Translations under genes and position numbers: made by a program
Source: an uncultured delta proteobacterium
GTDB lineage: Bacteria > Myxococcota_A > Polyangia > Fen-1088
Assembly: GCA_963796685.1 (NCBI GenBank)
Contig: CAWCMR010000025.1
Span: forward strand, 1,888,001-1,952,000
Length of the DNA: 64,000 bases
Direction of reading: 5' to 3'
Notes under the pieces: generated by a model
What the model was told of the DNA's origin: nothing
Database searches by the model: none
What the model saw: only the letters and a program-made list of their open reading frames with translations
In this document: positions 19,139 through 27,196 of the stretch, one piece after another
Layout of the letters: each line of letters begins with the position of its first letter
How positions within the stretch are numbered: the first letter of the stretch is position 1

Positions 19139-20392
19139 TCACGGCCATGGAAAGAATCGTAGGGGGGCTCCCTCGGGCAAGTCGCCGTCCCCCGGTGAAA
19201 GCTCGGCAATTCCGTCGGAAGGGACCAGCCCGGCGAAGTTGCCCGAGCCCTTGCCCTTGCGAATCCTCAGCGCCGAGCTTCCGTCAGGGCGAGATGCGAC
19301 CAAGGCAGGCAGAAGCAGGGCGTATGCGGACTGCCTCTCGGCGCGGCTTCGCAGCGGCAGCGAGAGACTTCCGGCAAGAGGCTCGCCGGCCGCGTGCGGC
19401 TCGCCCCACGTACGCAGTCTCGGCAGCACATAGCGGAGAAAGCATACGAGCGAGGACACGGGATTGCCCGGCAAAGCGAAGATGACCCCGCCGTGTGGCG
19501 AAGCGCCGAACCACATGGGTTTGCCGGGTTTGTGCGCGACCCCGTGGAAGACACGCGTGCAGCCCAAGGACAGCAGCGTGGGTGGAACGAGATCCTTGCT
19601 TCCCTTCGAGACGCCGCCGCTGAGCAGCAGCACGTCGCTCTCGGCGAGGGCCTTGGCCAAGACGCCACGCATGGATTCTTCTCTATCCGGCACGTGCAGG
19701 GCTTCCGCGACAGGAAAACCGGCGCGTCGCAGGCAGGCTTGCAGTGCCACCATGTTCGACCTGCGGATTTGATACGGCAACGGCGTCGCCTGGATGTCGA
19801 CCAGCTCGTCCCCGGTTCCGATCAAGATCACGCGTGGGAAGGGAACCACGGGAACGCCAGCACAACCGACAGTGGCCAAGATGTGAATGTGGGGCGTGCC
19901 AATCCGCGTGCCGGACGGGATCAGGAGATCGCCCTTGCGGTAGTCGCTGGCGCGGGGGTGGACGTTCATTCCGTGCACAAGTCGGGTGCCCGCGCGCAGA
20001 CGCCAATGGGTGCCGTCCCTGTCGGACTCGAGGCTCTCCCAGGGCACGACTGCGTTCCAAGGTCCGGGCAGCGCGGCGCCGGTCATGACCTCGATGACGC
20101 CACCCGATTCCGACCGAGCAAGTCCCTCGGGTTTCGCCACGCCGGCGGGCAGTCTGCCCTCGATGCTGAAGTCTGCGCGTGCAACCGCGCTGTCCCTCGC
20201 ATGGTCGAGAACCAGGGCGACACCGTCCATGGCGACGCGGTCGAAGGGCGGCTGATCGTTGTCGGCGAAGATGTCGCGAGCCAGGACGCGACCGATGGAC
20301 GCGGCCAGGGAGGTTTCCTCGCAGGCCCTCGGCGTCTCCCGATTGGCCAGGGTCTCGTCGATCAGCCGGTCAGCTTCCAGGGTGGAGATCAT
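19139..20392 (-). CDS. moeA: Molybdopterin molybdotransferase
   Basis: PPFDRVAMDG, MTGA, TGDEL, SGGVSKG..D, KPGKP, LPGNPVS. Confidence 0.92.
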   Translation of the reverse strand: MISTLEADRLIDETLANRETPRACEETSLAASIGRVLARDIFADNDQPPFDRVAMDGVALVLDHARDSAVARADFSIEGRLPAGVAKPEGLARSESGGVIEVMTGAALPGPWNAVVPWESLESDRDGTHWRLRAGTRLVHGMNVHPRASDYRKGDLLIPSGTRIGTPHIHILATVGCAGVPVVPFPRVILIGTGDELVDIQATPLPYQIRRSNMVALQACLRRAGFPVAEALHVPDREESMRGVLAKALAESDVLLLSGGVSKGSKDLVPPTLLSLGCTRVFHGVAHKPGKPMWFGASPHGGVIFALPGNPVSSLVCFLRYVLPRLRTWGEPHAAGEPLAGSLSLPLRSRAERQSAYALLLPALVASRPDGSSALRIRKGKGSGNFAGLVPSDGIAELSPGDGDLPEGAPLRFFPWP

Positions 20393-21557
20393 CGCGAATC
20401 CTGTGGAAGTCGGTCGGGTCGTTGCCGTTGTCGAGGATGGTTGGCGAGGGCGGATCCAGGAGAGTCACCGGTGAGTTGATGAGGCATTTGCGAGGGCAGG
20501 CGTAGCCCATGCCGAGAAACTGCAACAGGCGAGGGTAGGATTTGGGCTCCCAGATGGCGCACAGAGGCTCAGGAAATCCATCGTGGCCGATGAACGCCGT
20601 GGCGAAGCGGTACGGGTTGCGTCCGGCGAGCAAGCGCTCGAGGACCGCCCCGTCCACCCGCGGCAGATCGCAGGCCAGGACCAGCCAGGCGTGACCGGCC
20701 CCCTCGTCGCTCGCCAAGGCGCTCAAGATGCCGCCGGTCGGCCCCATTTCCAGAAAGCGGTCGAAGAGCATCGGGTGGTTGCGACGCGCGGATTCGCCAC
20801 CCTGGTCCGGCCGGCAAGAAACCCACGCCTCGGAGCAGTACCGCGAAAGCAGGCGGAAGCCCTGTTCGATCTGCGTACACCCGTGATAGTCGAGGAGCGC
20901 CTTGTCCCGCCCCATTCGGGTGGAGTGTCCACCGGTCAGAACGAGGCCGCGCAACGGAGCTTGCCGGCTCGACCAGAATTGGCGAACGAAGTCCGCGATG
21001 GACGAGATGTCGTCGCGGTCGAACCACGGCGTCTCGCCGAATCGTCGTCGCGCGACGGTCCGGGCGGCGGTCTCCTCGGGACTGTGTGCACGCCAAGGAT
21101 GGACCATGGCCAGCGGCGGGCTGGCGAGCCATGCCGGGTCGTCCAGAATCGACAGATTCTCGTCGAGGACCATGATGCGAGGCAGGTCGCTCGACTTGTA
21201 GCCTTCGACCAGCAACGCGTCGGCGGCGAGCAGGGCGTAGGGCACCATCGGCTCGCTATCGCCGTGGGCGTCGAGCCGGGCAAATCCGCCGTCGCCGGTG
21301 ATGACGATGGTTTGTGCTCCGGCGTTGTGCAGGCGATCGGTATCTTTCCCTGGATGATCCATGGAGAACTTGTGGGCATCGTGTTTCAGGTAGGCCAGGC
21401 GCAGATCCTTGGCGAGGTGGCCGGCCAGTCCCTCCAGCAACGTGGTCTTGCCGCTGTTCTTGTAACCGCAGACGGCGACTTCGAAGGGATTGAATCGCCA
21501 GGTTCGACGAACCTTGGCCGAGGCATGCTCGTTGTGCTCAGGGCCGTGCATAGTCAT
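20370..21557 (-). CDS. MobB-MobA fusion (molybdopterin-guanine dinucleotide biosynthesis)
   Basis: N-terminal GYKNSGKTTL, KHDAH, PGKDT, LVEGYK (MobB); C-terminal GGHSTRMGRDKALL, GPTGGI, ACDLP, EPLCAIW (MobA). Confidence 0.88.
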   Translation of the reverse strand: MTMHGPEHNEHASAKVRRTWRFNPFEVAVCGYKNSGKTTLLEGLAGHLAKDLRLAYLKHDAHKFSMDHPGKDTDRLHNAGAQTIVITGDGGFARLDAHGDSEPMVPYALLAADALLVEGYKSSDLPRIMVLDENLSILDDPAWLASPPLAMVHPWRAHSPEETAARTVARRRFGETPWFDRDDISSIADFVRQFWSSRQAPLRGLVLTGGHSTRMGRDKALLDYHGCTQIEQGFRLLSRYCSEAWVSCRPDQGGESARRNHPMLFDRFLEMGPTGGILSALASDEGAGHAWLVLACDLPRVDGAVLERLLAGRNPYRFATAFIGHDGFPEPLCAIWEPKSYPRLLQFLGMGYACPRKCLINSPVTLLDPPSPTILDNGNDPTDFHRIRDDLHPGS

Positions 21558-22044
21558 GGTTGCCGCCGGACTTGGACAGAAGAAACAGCGAGCGGATTTC
21601 GATGGCATGGGACAGGGCCTTGCACATGTCGTAGACCGTCAGCGCCGCCACGCTGGCCGCGGTCAAGGCCTCCATCTCGACCCCGGTGCGATGGGTGGCC
21701 CGGCAATCGCTGATGATCTCCACAACGCCCGCTCCGGCCGCGCGAAGATGGACCGCCACCTCGTCGAGCGGCAAGGGATGGCAAAGCGGGATAAGCTCGT
21801 GGGTGCGCTTGGCGGCCATGATGCCGGCCAGGCTGGCGGTGTGAAACACGGAGCCCTTGGGACCGAGCACGTCCTGCGTGTCTGACGCGCGATCCAAGCC
21901 GAGCCGAGCCGCCACGTCGGCGGGAAACCAGACCTCCGCGCGAGCCCGCGCCGTTCTTCGCGTCGCGGTCTTGTCTGAAACATCGACCATCCGGGCTCGA
22001 CCGTTCGGGTCGACGTGGCTGAGCACAAGGGGTTCGCCTGTCAA
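21538..22044 (-). CDS. moaC: Cyclic pyranopterin monophosphate synthase
   Basis: LSHVD..G.ARMVDVS.K, LIPLCHP, TGVEMEAL, YDMCKA, KSGG; TTG start after GGAGG. Confidence 0.92.
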   Translation of the reverse strand: MTGEPLVLSHVDPNGRARMVDVSDKTATRRTARARAEVWFPADVAARLGLDRASDTQDVLGPKGSVFHTASLAGIMAAKRTHELIPLCHPLPLDEVAVHLRAAGAGVVEIISDCRATHRTGVEMEALTAASVAALTVYDMCKALSHAIEIRSLFLLSKSGGNHDYARP

Positions 22045-22045
22045 T

Positions 22046-23095
22046 TCAACCTCCGATGTAGAACATTTCGATCTTATCTTGCGCCACGGTGTGGGTTCGT
22101 TCGACGGAATATTGGTCGGCGCGCTTCGACCACAGATGGACAAGCGCCGCACGGACCGCGCTTGGTCCGCCGCTGTCTCTCAGCAGAGAGCGGATGTCGG
22201 TTCCCTGCTTGGAAAAGAGGCAGGTGTAAAGCCTTCCGTCGGCGGAGAGGCGAAGCCGGCTGCAATCGCCGCAGAACGGCTGCGTGATGCTGGCGATGAA
22301 TCCGATCTCGCCCGAACCATCGGCGTAGCGGTAGCGTTTGGCCGTTTCTCCACGATAGGCCCGATCGAAAGGTTCCAGCGCGGTGACCTGGCGCAGCCGC
22401 GCGAGGATCTCGGCGCTGGGAACCACGTCCGCCCTTCGCCAACCATTGCGGGTGCCAACGTCCATGTATTCGATGAAGCGCACGATGGTGTCGGGCTGGT
22501 GAAAGTAGCTCGCCATGGCTTCGACCTCGTCGTCGTTGGTGCCGCGGATGACCACCATGTTGATCTTCAACGGGTTGAACCCCGCGCGCCGGGCGGCGGC
22601 GATGCCGGCCAAGACCTTGTCGAGCTGATGCCCGCGGCCGCTCATGGACGCGAATCGGTCGGGCATGAGGGTGTCGAGACTGATGGTCAGCCGGTCGAGC
22701 CCGGCTTCCCGCAGTTGCTCGGCGAGCGGCGCGAGCAGGAGGCCGTTGGTGATGAGGTTGACCTCGATCTCGGGAGCCGCCTCGCGCAACATCTGGATGA
22801 GCCTGGCCAAGAAGGGCCTGGTCAGCGGCTCACCCCCGGTGAGCTTGACCTTGCGCACCCCGAGCCCGGCGAGGATCTGCACGAGCGTGGCGATCTCCTC
22901 GAAGGTCAGCAGCTTGTCCGACGGCAGGAAGGCATACCCTGGCCCGAACGCTTCCTTGGGCATGCAGTAGGTGCAGCGCAGATTGCAATGGTCGGTCAGC
23001 GAGATGCGTATGTCGCGCAAGGGGCGATTCCGCGCGTCCAGCAACGCGGGCGCGGATTCCGGCGTCGGCGGTCGTCGCCTCAGTTGCGTGATCAC
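22046..23095 (-). CDS. moaA: GTP 3',8-cyclase (radical SAM)
   Basis: CNLRCTYCM, LTGGEP, FCGDCSRLRLSADG.LYTCLF, C-terminal IGG; GTG overlaps the nitrate reductase stop. Confidence 0.94.
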   Translation of the reverse strand: MITQLRRRPPTPESAPALLDARNRPLRDIRISLTDHCNLRCTYCMPKEAFGPGYAFLPSDKLLTFEEIATLVQILAGLGVRKVKLTGGEPLTRPFLARLIQMLREAAPEIEVNLITNGLLLAPLAEQLREAGLDRLTISLDTLMPDRFASMSGRGHQLDKVLAGIAAARRAGFNPLKINMVVIRGTNDDEVEAMASYFHQPDTIVRFIEYMDVGTRNGWRRADVVPSAEILARLRQVTALEPFDRAYRGETAKRYRYADGSGEIGFIASITQPFCGDCSRLRLSADGRLYTCLFSKQGTDIRSLLRDSGGPSAVRAALVHLWSKRADQYSVERTHTVAQDKIEMFYIGG

Positions 23096-26000
23096 GACAC
23101 GTTCTCCAGGGCACCGTGGCGAGGGATCGGCTTTTCCATGCGCGCCTTGAGCAAGGATGCGATCTCCGGGCGGCAGCTTCCACAACCCGTGCCGGCGCCG
23201 GTCGCATCCATTACCTTCTGCATCGTCGACGCGCCTCCTTCGCAGGCCTGGTGCAGGCTGCCCTCGTCCACGGACGTGCAACTGCAAACGATCTTGCCCC
23301 CGCCACGCGATGAAGCCGCCGCGCCCGTCCTCAACAGGGTTGCTCGCCGGGCGCCGAGCTCTTCGCCGCTGCGGATCAGGTCACGCAACGGCACGAAATC
23401 CGCGCTGTCGCCCACCAAGAGAGCGCCCACCAGGCGGTCGCCGCGAATCACGCACTTCTTGTAGATGCGGGCGGTGCGGTCCAGGAAGACGATCTCCTCG
23501 AAGCTCAAGTCGTCGGCGGGCGGCCTGGACACGCCCAGGCTGACGACCGAAAGACCGGCCACCTTCACGATGTTCTGGGCCATGGAGCCGCTGTAGACCG
23601 CCTGGGCGTCCCCGGCCAGCGCAGCCGCCGCGACCCGCGCTTGTTCTTCGGCCGCGGCGGTAACGCCGTACAGCTTGCCATCGACCTCGGCGACCTCGCC
23701 CAACGCGAGAATGTCGGGATCGCTCGACCGCATGGCTTCGTCGACCACGACGCCGCGGTTGACCATGAGGCCGCACGCGCTCGCCAGCTCGACATTGGGC
23801 ACCGTTCCCATGGCATAAATCAGGGTCACGTCGCGCAGGCACTCGCCTGAAGCGAGGAACACCTCGTCGATCCAGGTTTCCCCCTTCCACATGACCACCT
23901 GGTCCAGGAAGTGAATCCTGATGTCACGGTCGAGTAGCTCGTCGCGAAGGATCTCGGCGGCGACTTCATCGAGCTGCTTGTTCATCAGCTGGGCCGAGCG
24001 CTGGATGATGTGGACGGGAAGCCCCTTGTTTCGCAGCGCCGTCCCGAGCTCGATTCCGATCAATCCGCCGCCCACGATGACCACGGTTCGGCCGGTTGCC
24101 GCCGATTGCAGAATTTCCCGTGCGTCCGCGTAGCTTCGCAGTGCGTGCAGGCCGCGTTGGTTGCGCGGGGTGCCCTTGGGCCATGCTGCCCGGCTGCCCG
24201 TGGCCAGCACGAGCACGTCGTAGTCGTGCCACATCCCTCGTGCATCGAGGACACGCTTGCTCGCGCGCGCCACTTCGACGACGGCCCGCTGGCTGAAGAC
24301 CTGCACGCCGAGAGATTCCAATTCGTCCCGGCTCGACACGACCAGGGATTGCCAATCGACCTCGCTTTCGACGACCCCTGGCAGGCGAACGCGGTCGTAG
24401 AACGGCACTTCTTCCTTGCTGAACACCGCAATTTCATCCTCCCCATTGTCCTGCCGGTAGGCACGCAGGAAGGCCAAGGCGGCGGCACCCGCCCCGACCA
24501 CCAGGATCTTCCGTTTGGGGGTGCGCAGTCGTTCCACCTCGACCGCGGTGAATTTCAGGTCCGGCTCTTTGGAGACGGGATCCCAACGCGCCTCGGTGAG
24601 GTTGTTCGCGCGCACGGCATCGTCATCGAGAACACGGCCCCAGTGCATGGGGAGAAACACCACCCCCGGCTTGAGGTCCTCGACCAAGCGCGCCCGGATG
24701 CGCACCTCGCCGTGCCCGCCGCGCACGACCACGACCTTTCCGTCGACGATGCCGCGGGCCTTGGCGTCCTGCGGGTGGATGTCGAGGCGGGACTGCGGCT
24801 CGTGGCTGCGCAGCTTGGCCACCTTCCCGGTCCGGGTCATGGTGTGCCATTGATCGCGAATCCGCCCGGTGGTGAGAATGAGGGGGAACGCAGGTCCCGG
24901 CGGTACGGAAGTATTCCCGTCGGGGACCGCGTGGAGCTTGGCGCGTCCATTGGGGCGAAGGAATTTCCCGTCGGTGAACAAGCGAGGTGTGCCCGGATGG
25001 CCGGCGTGAGGGACGGGCCACTGCATGGAGCCTTCCGATTGCAGGCGGCGGTAGTCGAGCCCGCTGATGTCGATGGACGTGCCTTGCGTCAGCGCCGCGT
25101 GCTCGCGGTAGACGTCCGCCATGCTTCGGTAGTCGAAGTGCTTGCGCCAACCCATCTTGCGCGCGAAGCGGAGCAAGATCTCTGCGTCGGGAAGGGCTTC
25201 TCCGGGCGGCTCGACGGCGGGCGATAGATAGGTGATCCGCCGCTCGGAGTTGGTCATGGTTCCCTCCTTTTCCAACCATCCGGCCGCCGGAAGCACCACG
25301 TCGGCGAAGCGCAAGGTGTCGGAACGGCTCGAAATGTCCTGGACGATCACCAATTCCGCGTTTGCCAAGGCGCGCTCGGCTTTCGCCGAATCGGGCCAGC
25401 TTACGAGGGGATTGGTGCAAATCACCCACAATACCTTCAGGCGTCCCTCGCAAAGCGCATCCATCATCTCGCCCGCGGTGAGACCCGGTGATTCCGGGAC
25501 ACTGGGCACGCCCCAGAAGCGCGCAATCTCTTCGCGGTGGGCGGGGTTCTTCAGGTCGCGGTGGGCGCTCATCAGGTTTGCCATCCCGCCCACCTCCCTG
25601 CCGCCCATGGCGTTCGGCTGTCCGGTCAGGCTGAACGGGCCGTGGCCCGGTTTGCCGATCTTTCCCGTCATCAGATGCAGATTGATCAAGGCGAGATTCT
25701 TGTTCACCCCGATGGTGCTCTGGTTGAGCCCCATGGCCCACAGCGAGACGAAGCCCTTGGACGCTCCTATCCACTCGGCCGCGGTTTCGATGGCCAAGGC
25801 TTCAACGCGGCAAAGGTCGGCCGCCTCGGCCAGGGTGCGTTCAAAAGCCTTGGCACGAAGCTCGTCGAAACCCTCGGTGTGGTCGCGCACGAACGCGTCG
25901 TCGACACGGCCTTTCTCGATGAGCCTGCGCGCAATGGCGTGAAAGAGGACAATGTCCGTTCCCGGCTGGATCTGAAGATGCAGATCCGCCATGGCCGCGC

Positions 26001-26655
26001 TTTGCGTGCGTCGCGGGTCGACGACGATCATGCGCGCGGATTTGGGCTCGCGCTGCAGGCGCTCTTCGATGCGGCGAAAGAGAATGGGATGGCACCAAGC
26101 CGGGTTGGCCCCGGCCACGAAGAAGAGGTCGGCGATGTCCAAATCCTCATAGCATCCGGGAACACTGTCTTCTCCCAGGGCTTGCCGATAGCCGACCACC
26201 GCCGAGCTCATGCACAGGCGTGAATTGGTGTCGATGTTGTTGGTGCCGAGAAAGCCCTTCGCGATCTTGTTGGCCAGGTAGTACTCCTCGGTCAGGCACT
26301 GCCCCGACACATAGAGCGCCACCGCGTCCGGACCGTGCTTGTCTCGCGTCGTCCGGAATACCGTGGCCACCCGCTCAAGCGCCTCATCCCAGCCAACCCG
26401 TCGGCGCGGCAGGGTTCGCCCATCGCGCAGCTCGGGATAGAGAAGACGGTCAGAGCGGTCGTAAACCGTGTGGTGCAGGTTGAGGCCCTTGGCGCACAGC
26501 TTGCCCTGGTTGACCGGATGGTCTGGATCCCCGGTGAGAGAGAGTGAACCGGTCCGATTTTGGTGGATGAGGACGCCACAACCGACACCGCAGTAGCAAC
26601 AGGTCGTTCGATAGGTCGTGGTGGTCGTGGTGATACCCCTTCGGCGCTCAGGAAT
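23092..26655 (-). CDS. nasA: Assimilatory nitrate reductase fused to an FAD/NAD(P)H oxidoreductase domain and a BFD-like [2Fe-2S] domain
   Basis: In-frame N-terminal TTCCYCGVGC..GKLCAKG upstream of the tool start; NSRLCM, TGQPNAMGGRE, TTGRIRDQWHTMTRTG; GAG/GGG Rossmann motifs; CSC..GTGCGSC. Start uncertain because there is no ATG/GTG/TTG upstream of the Fe-S motif. Confidence 0.88.
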   Translation of the reverse strand: MPERRRGITTTTTTYRTTCCYCGVGCGVLIHQNRTGSLSLTGDPDHPVNQGKLCAKGLNLHHTVYDRSDRLLYPELRDGRTLPRRRVGWDEALERVATVFRTTRDKHGPDAVALYVSGQCLTEEYYLANKIAKGFLGTNNIDTNSRLCMSSAVVGYRQALGEDSVPGCYEDLDIADLFFVAGANPAWCHPILFRRIEERLQREPKSARMIVVDPRRTQSAAMADLHLQIQPGTDIVLFHAIARRLIEKGRVDDAFVRDHTEGFDELRAKAFERTLAEAADLCRVEALAIETAAEWIGASKGFVSLWAMGLNQSTIGVNKNLALINLHLMTGKIGKPGHGPFSLTGQPNAMGGREVGGMANLMSAHRDLKNPAHREEIARFWGVPSVPESPGLTAGEMMDALCEGRLKVLWVICTNPLVSWPDSAKAERALANAELVIVQDISSRSDTLRFADVVLPAAGWLEKEGTMTNSERRITYLSPAVEPPGEALPDAEILLRFARKMGWRKHFDYRSMADVYREHAALTQGTSIDISGLDYRRLQSEGSMQWPVPHAGHPGTPRLFTDGKFLRPNGRAKLHAVPDGNTSVPPGPAFPLILTTGRIRDQWHTMTRTGKVAKLRSHEPQSRLDIHPQDAKARGIVDGKVVVVRGGHGEVRIRARLVEDLKPGVVFLPMHWGRVLDDDAVRANNLTEARWDPVSKEPDLKFTAVEVERLRTPKRKILVVGAGAAALAFLRAYRQDNGEDEIAVFSKEEVPFYDRVRLPGVVESEVDWQSLVVSSRDELESLGVQVFSQRAVVEVARASKRVLDARGMWHDYDVLVLATGSRAAWPKGTPRNQRGLHALRSYADAREILQSAATGRTVVIVGGGLIGIELGTALRNKGLPVHIIQRSAQLMNKQLDEVAAEILRDELLDRDIRIHFLDQVVMWKGETWIDEVFLASGECLRDVTLIYAMGTVPNVELASACGLMVNRGVVVDEAMRSSDPDILALGEVAEVDGKLYGVTAAAEEQARVAAAALAGDAQAVYSGSMAQNIVKVAGLSVVSLGVSRPPADDLSFEEIVFLDRTARIYKKCVIRGDRLVGALLVGDSADFVPLRDLIRSGEELGARRATLLRTGAAASSRGGGKIVCSCTSVDEGSLHQACEGGASTMQKVMDATGAGTGCGSCRPEIASLLKARMEKPIPRHGALENVS

Positions 26656-26824
26656 GCAGAGGATTCTCCTCGATGGATAGCAAACGGATGTCCCATCTTC
26701 TACTAAATCATACCGCCGCGGTCCGGCTTGTGCCCAAGATTAGCCGCGGCGAAACGGTAGCGAAACCTTTGCCGTGGTAGGTGGCTTGGGTCGCCAGGAA
26801 ATCATGAATTGCGGAGGAGCGCCC

Positions 26825-27196
26825 ATGCCGGATCTTACCCACGGCTGCCAGACCTGTTACGGCACCGGCGAAATCGTCACCGAACATGGGGCCGTGAGTT
26901 GTCCTGACTGCTATGGCGATGGAAGGCCGGCGAACAGCGGAAACAAGCTCGAGTGGCGGCTGCGCGAGATCGAGCGAACCTATCGCGCGTCCCACCAAGA
27001 GTGCCTGTCCGATGTGATGTGGCTGGCCCACGAGCTTCGCCAAGCCCGAGACGCCCTGGTCCTGATCCTCACCCGATGTCAGGACGCCGATGATGACGAT
27101 GACATGGCCAAGTACGTGCGCAACCGCGCCATGGAGGCGCTGGGACTTTACCATCGGACTCCCGCACCCGTGCTTAGCCCGCCGGAGAAGGCATGA
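26825..27196 (+). CDS. Small protein with a CxxCxGxG double zinc-finger motif and helical C-terminus
   Basis: CQTCYGTG..CPDCYGDG; GGAG RBS; ATGA overlap with nirB. Confidence 0.7.
   Translation: MPDLTHGCQTCYGTGEIVTEHGAVSCPDCYGDGRPANSGNKLEWRLREIERTYRASHQECLSDVMWLAHELRQARDALVLILTRCQDADDDDDMAKYVRNRAMEALGLYHRTPAPVLSPPEKA

Noticed and set aside
26716-26740. Sigma54 promoter for the nitrate reductase
   Set aside because: GGCAC is present on the minus strand but the -12 TTGC element is missing at the required spacing
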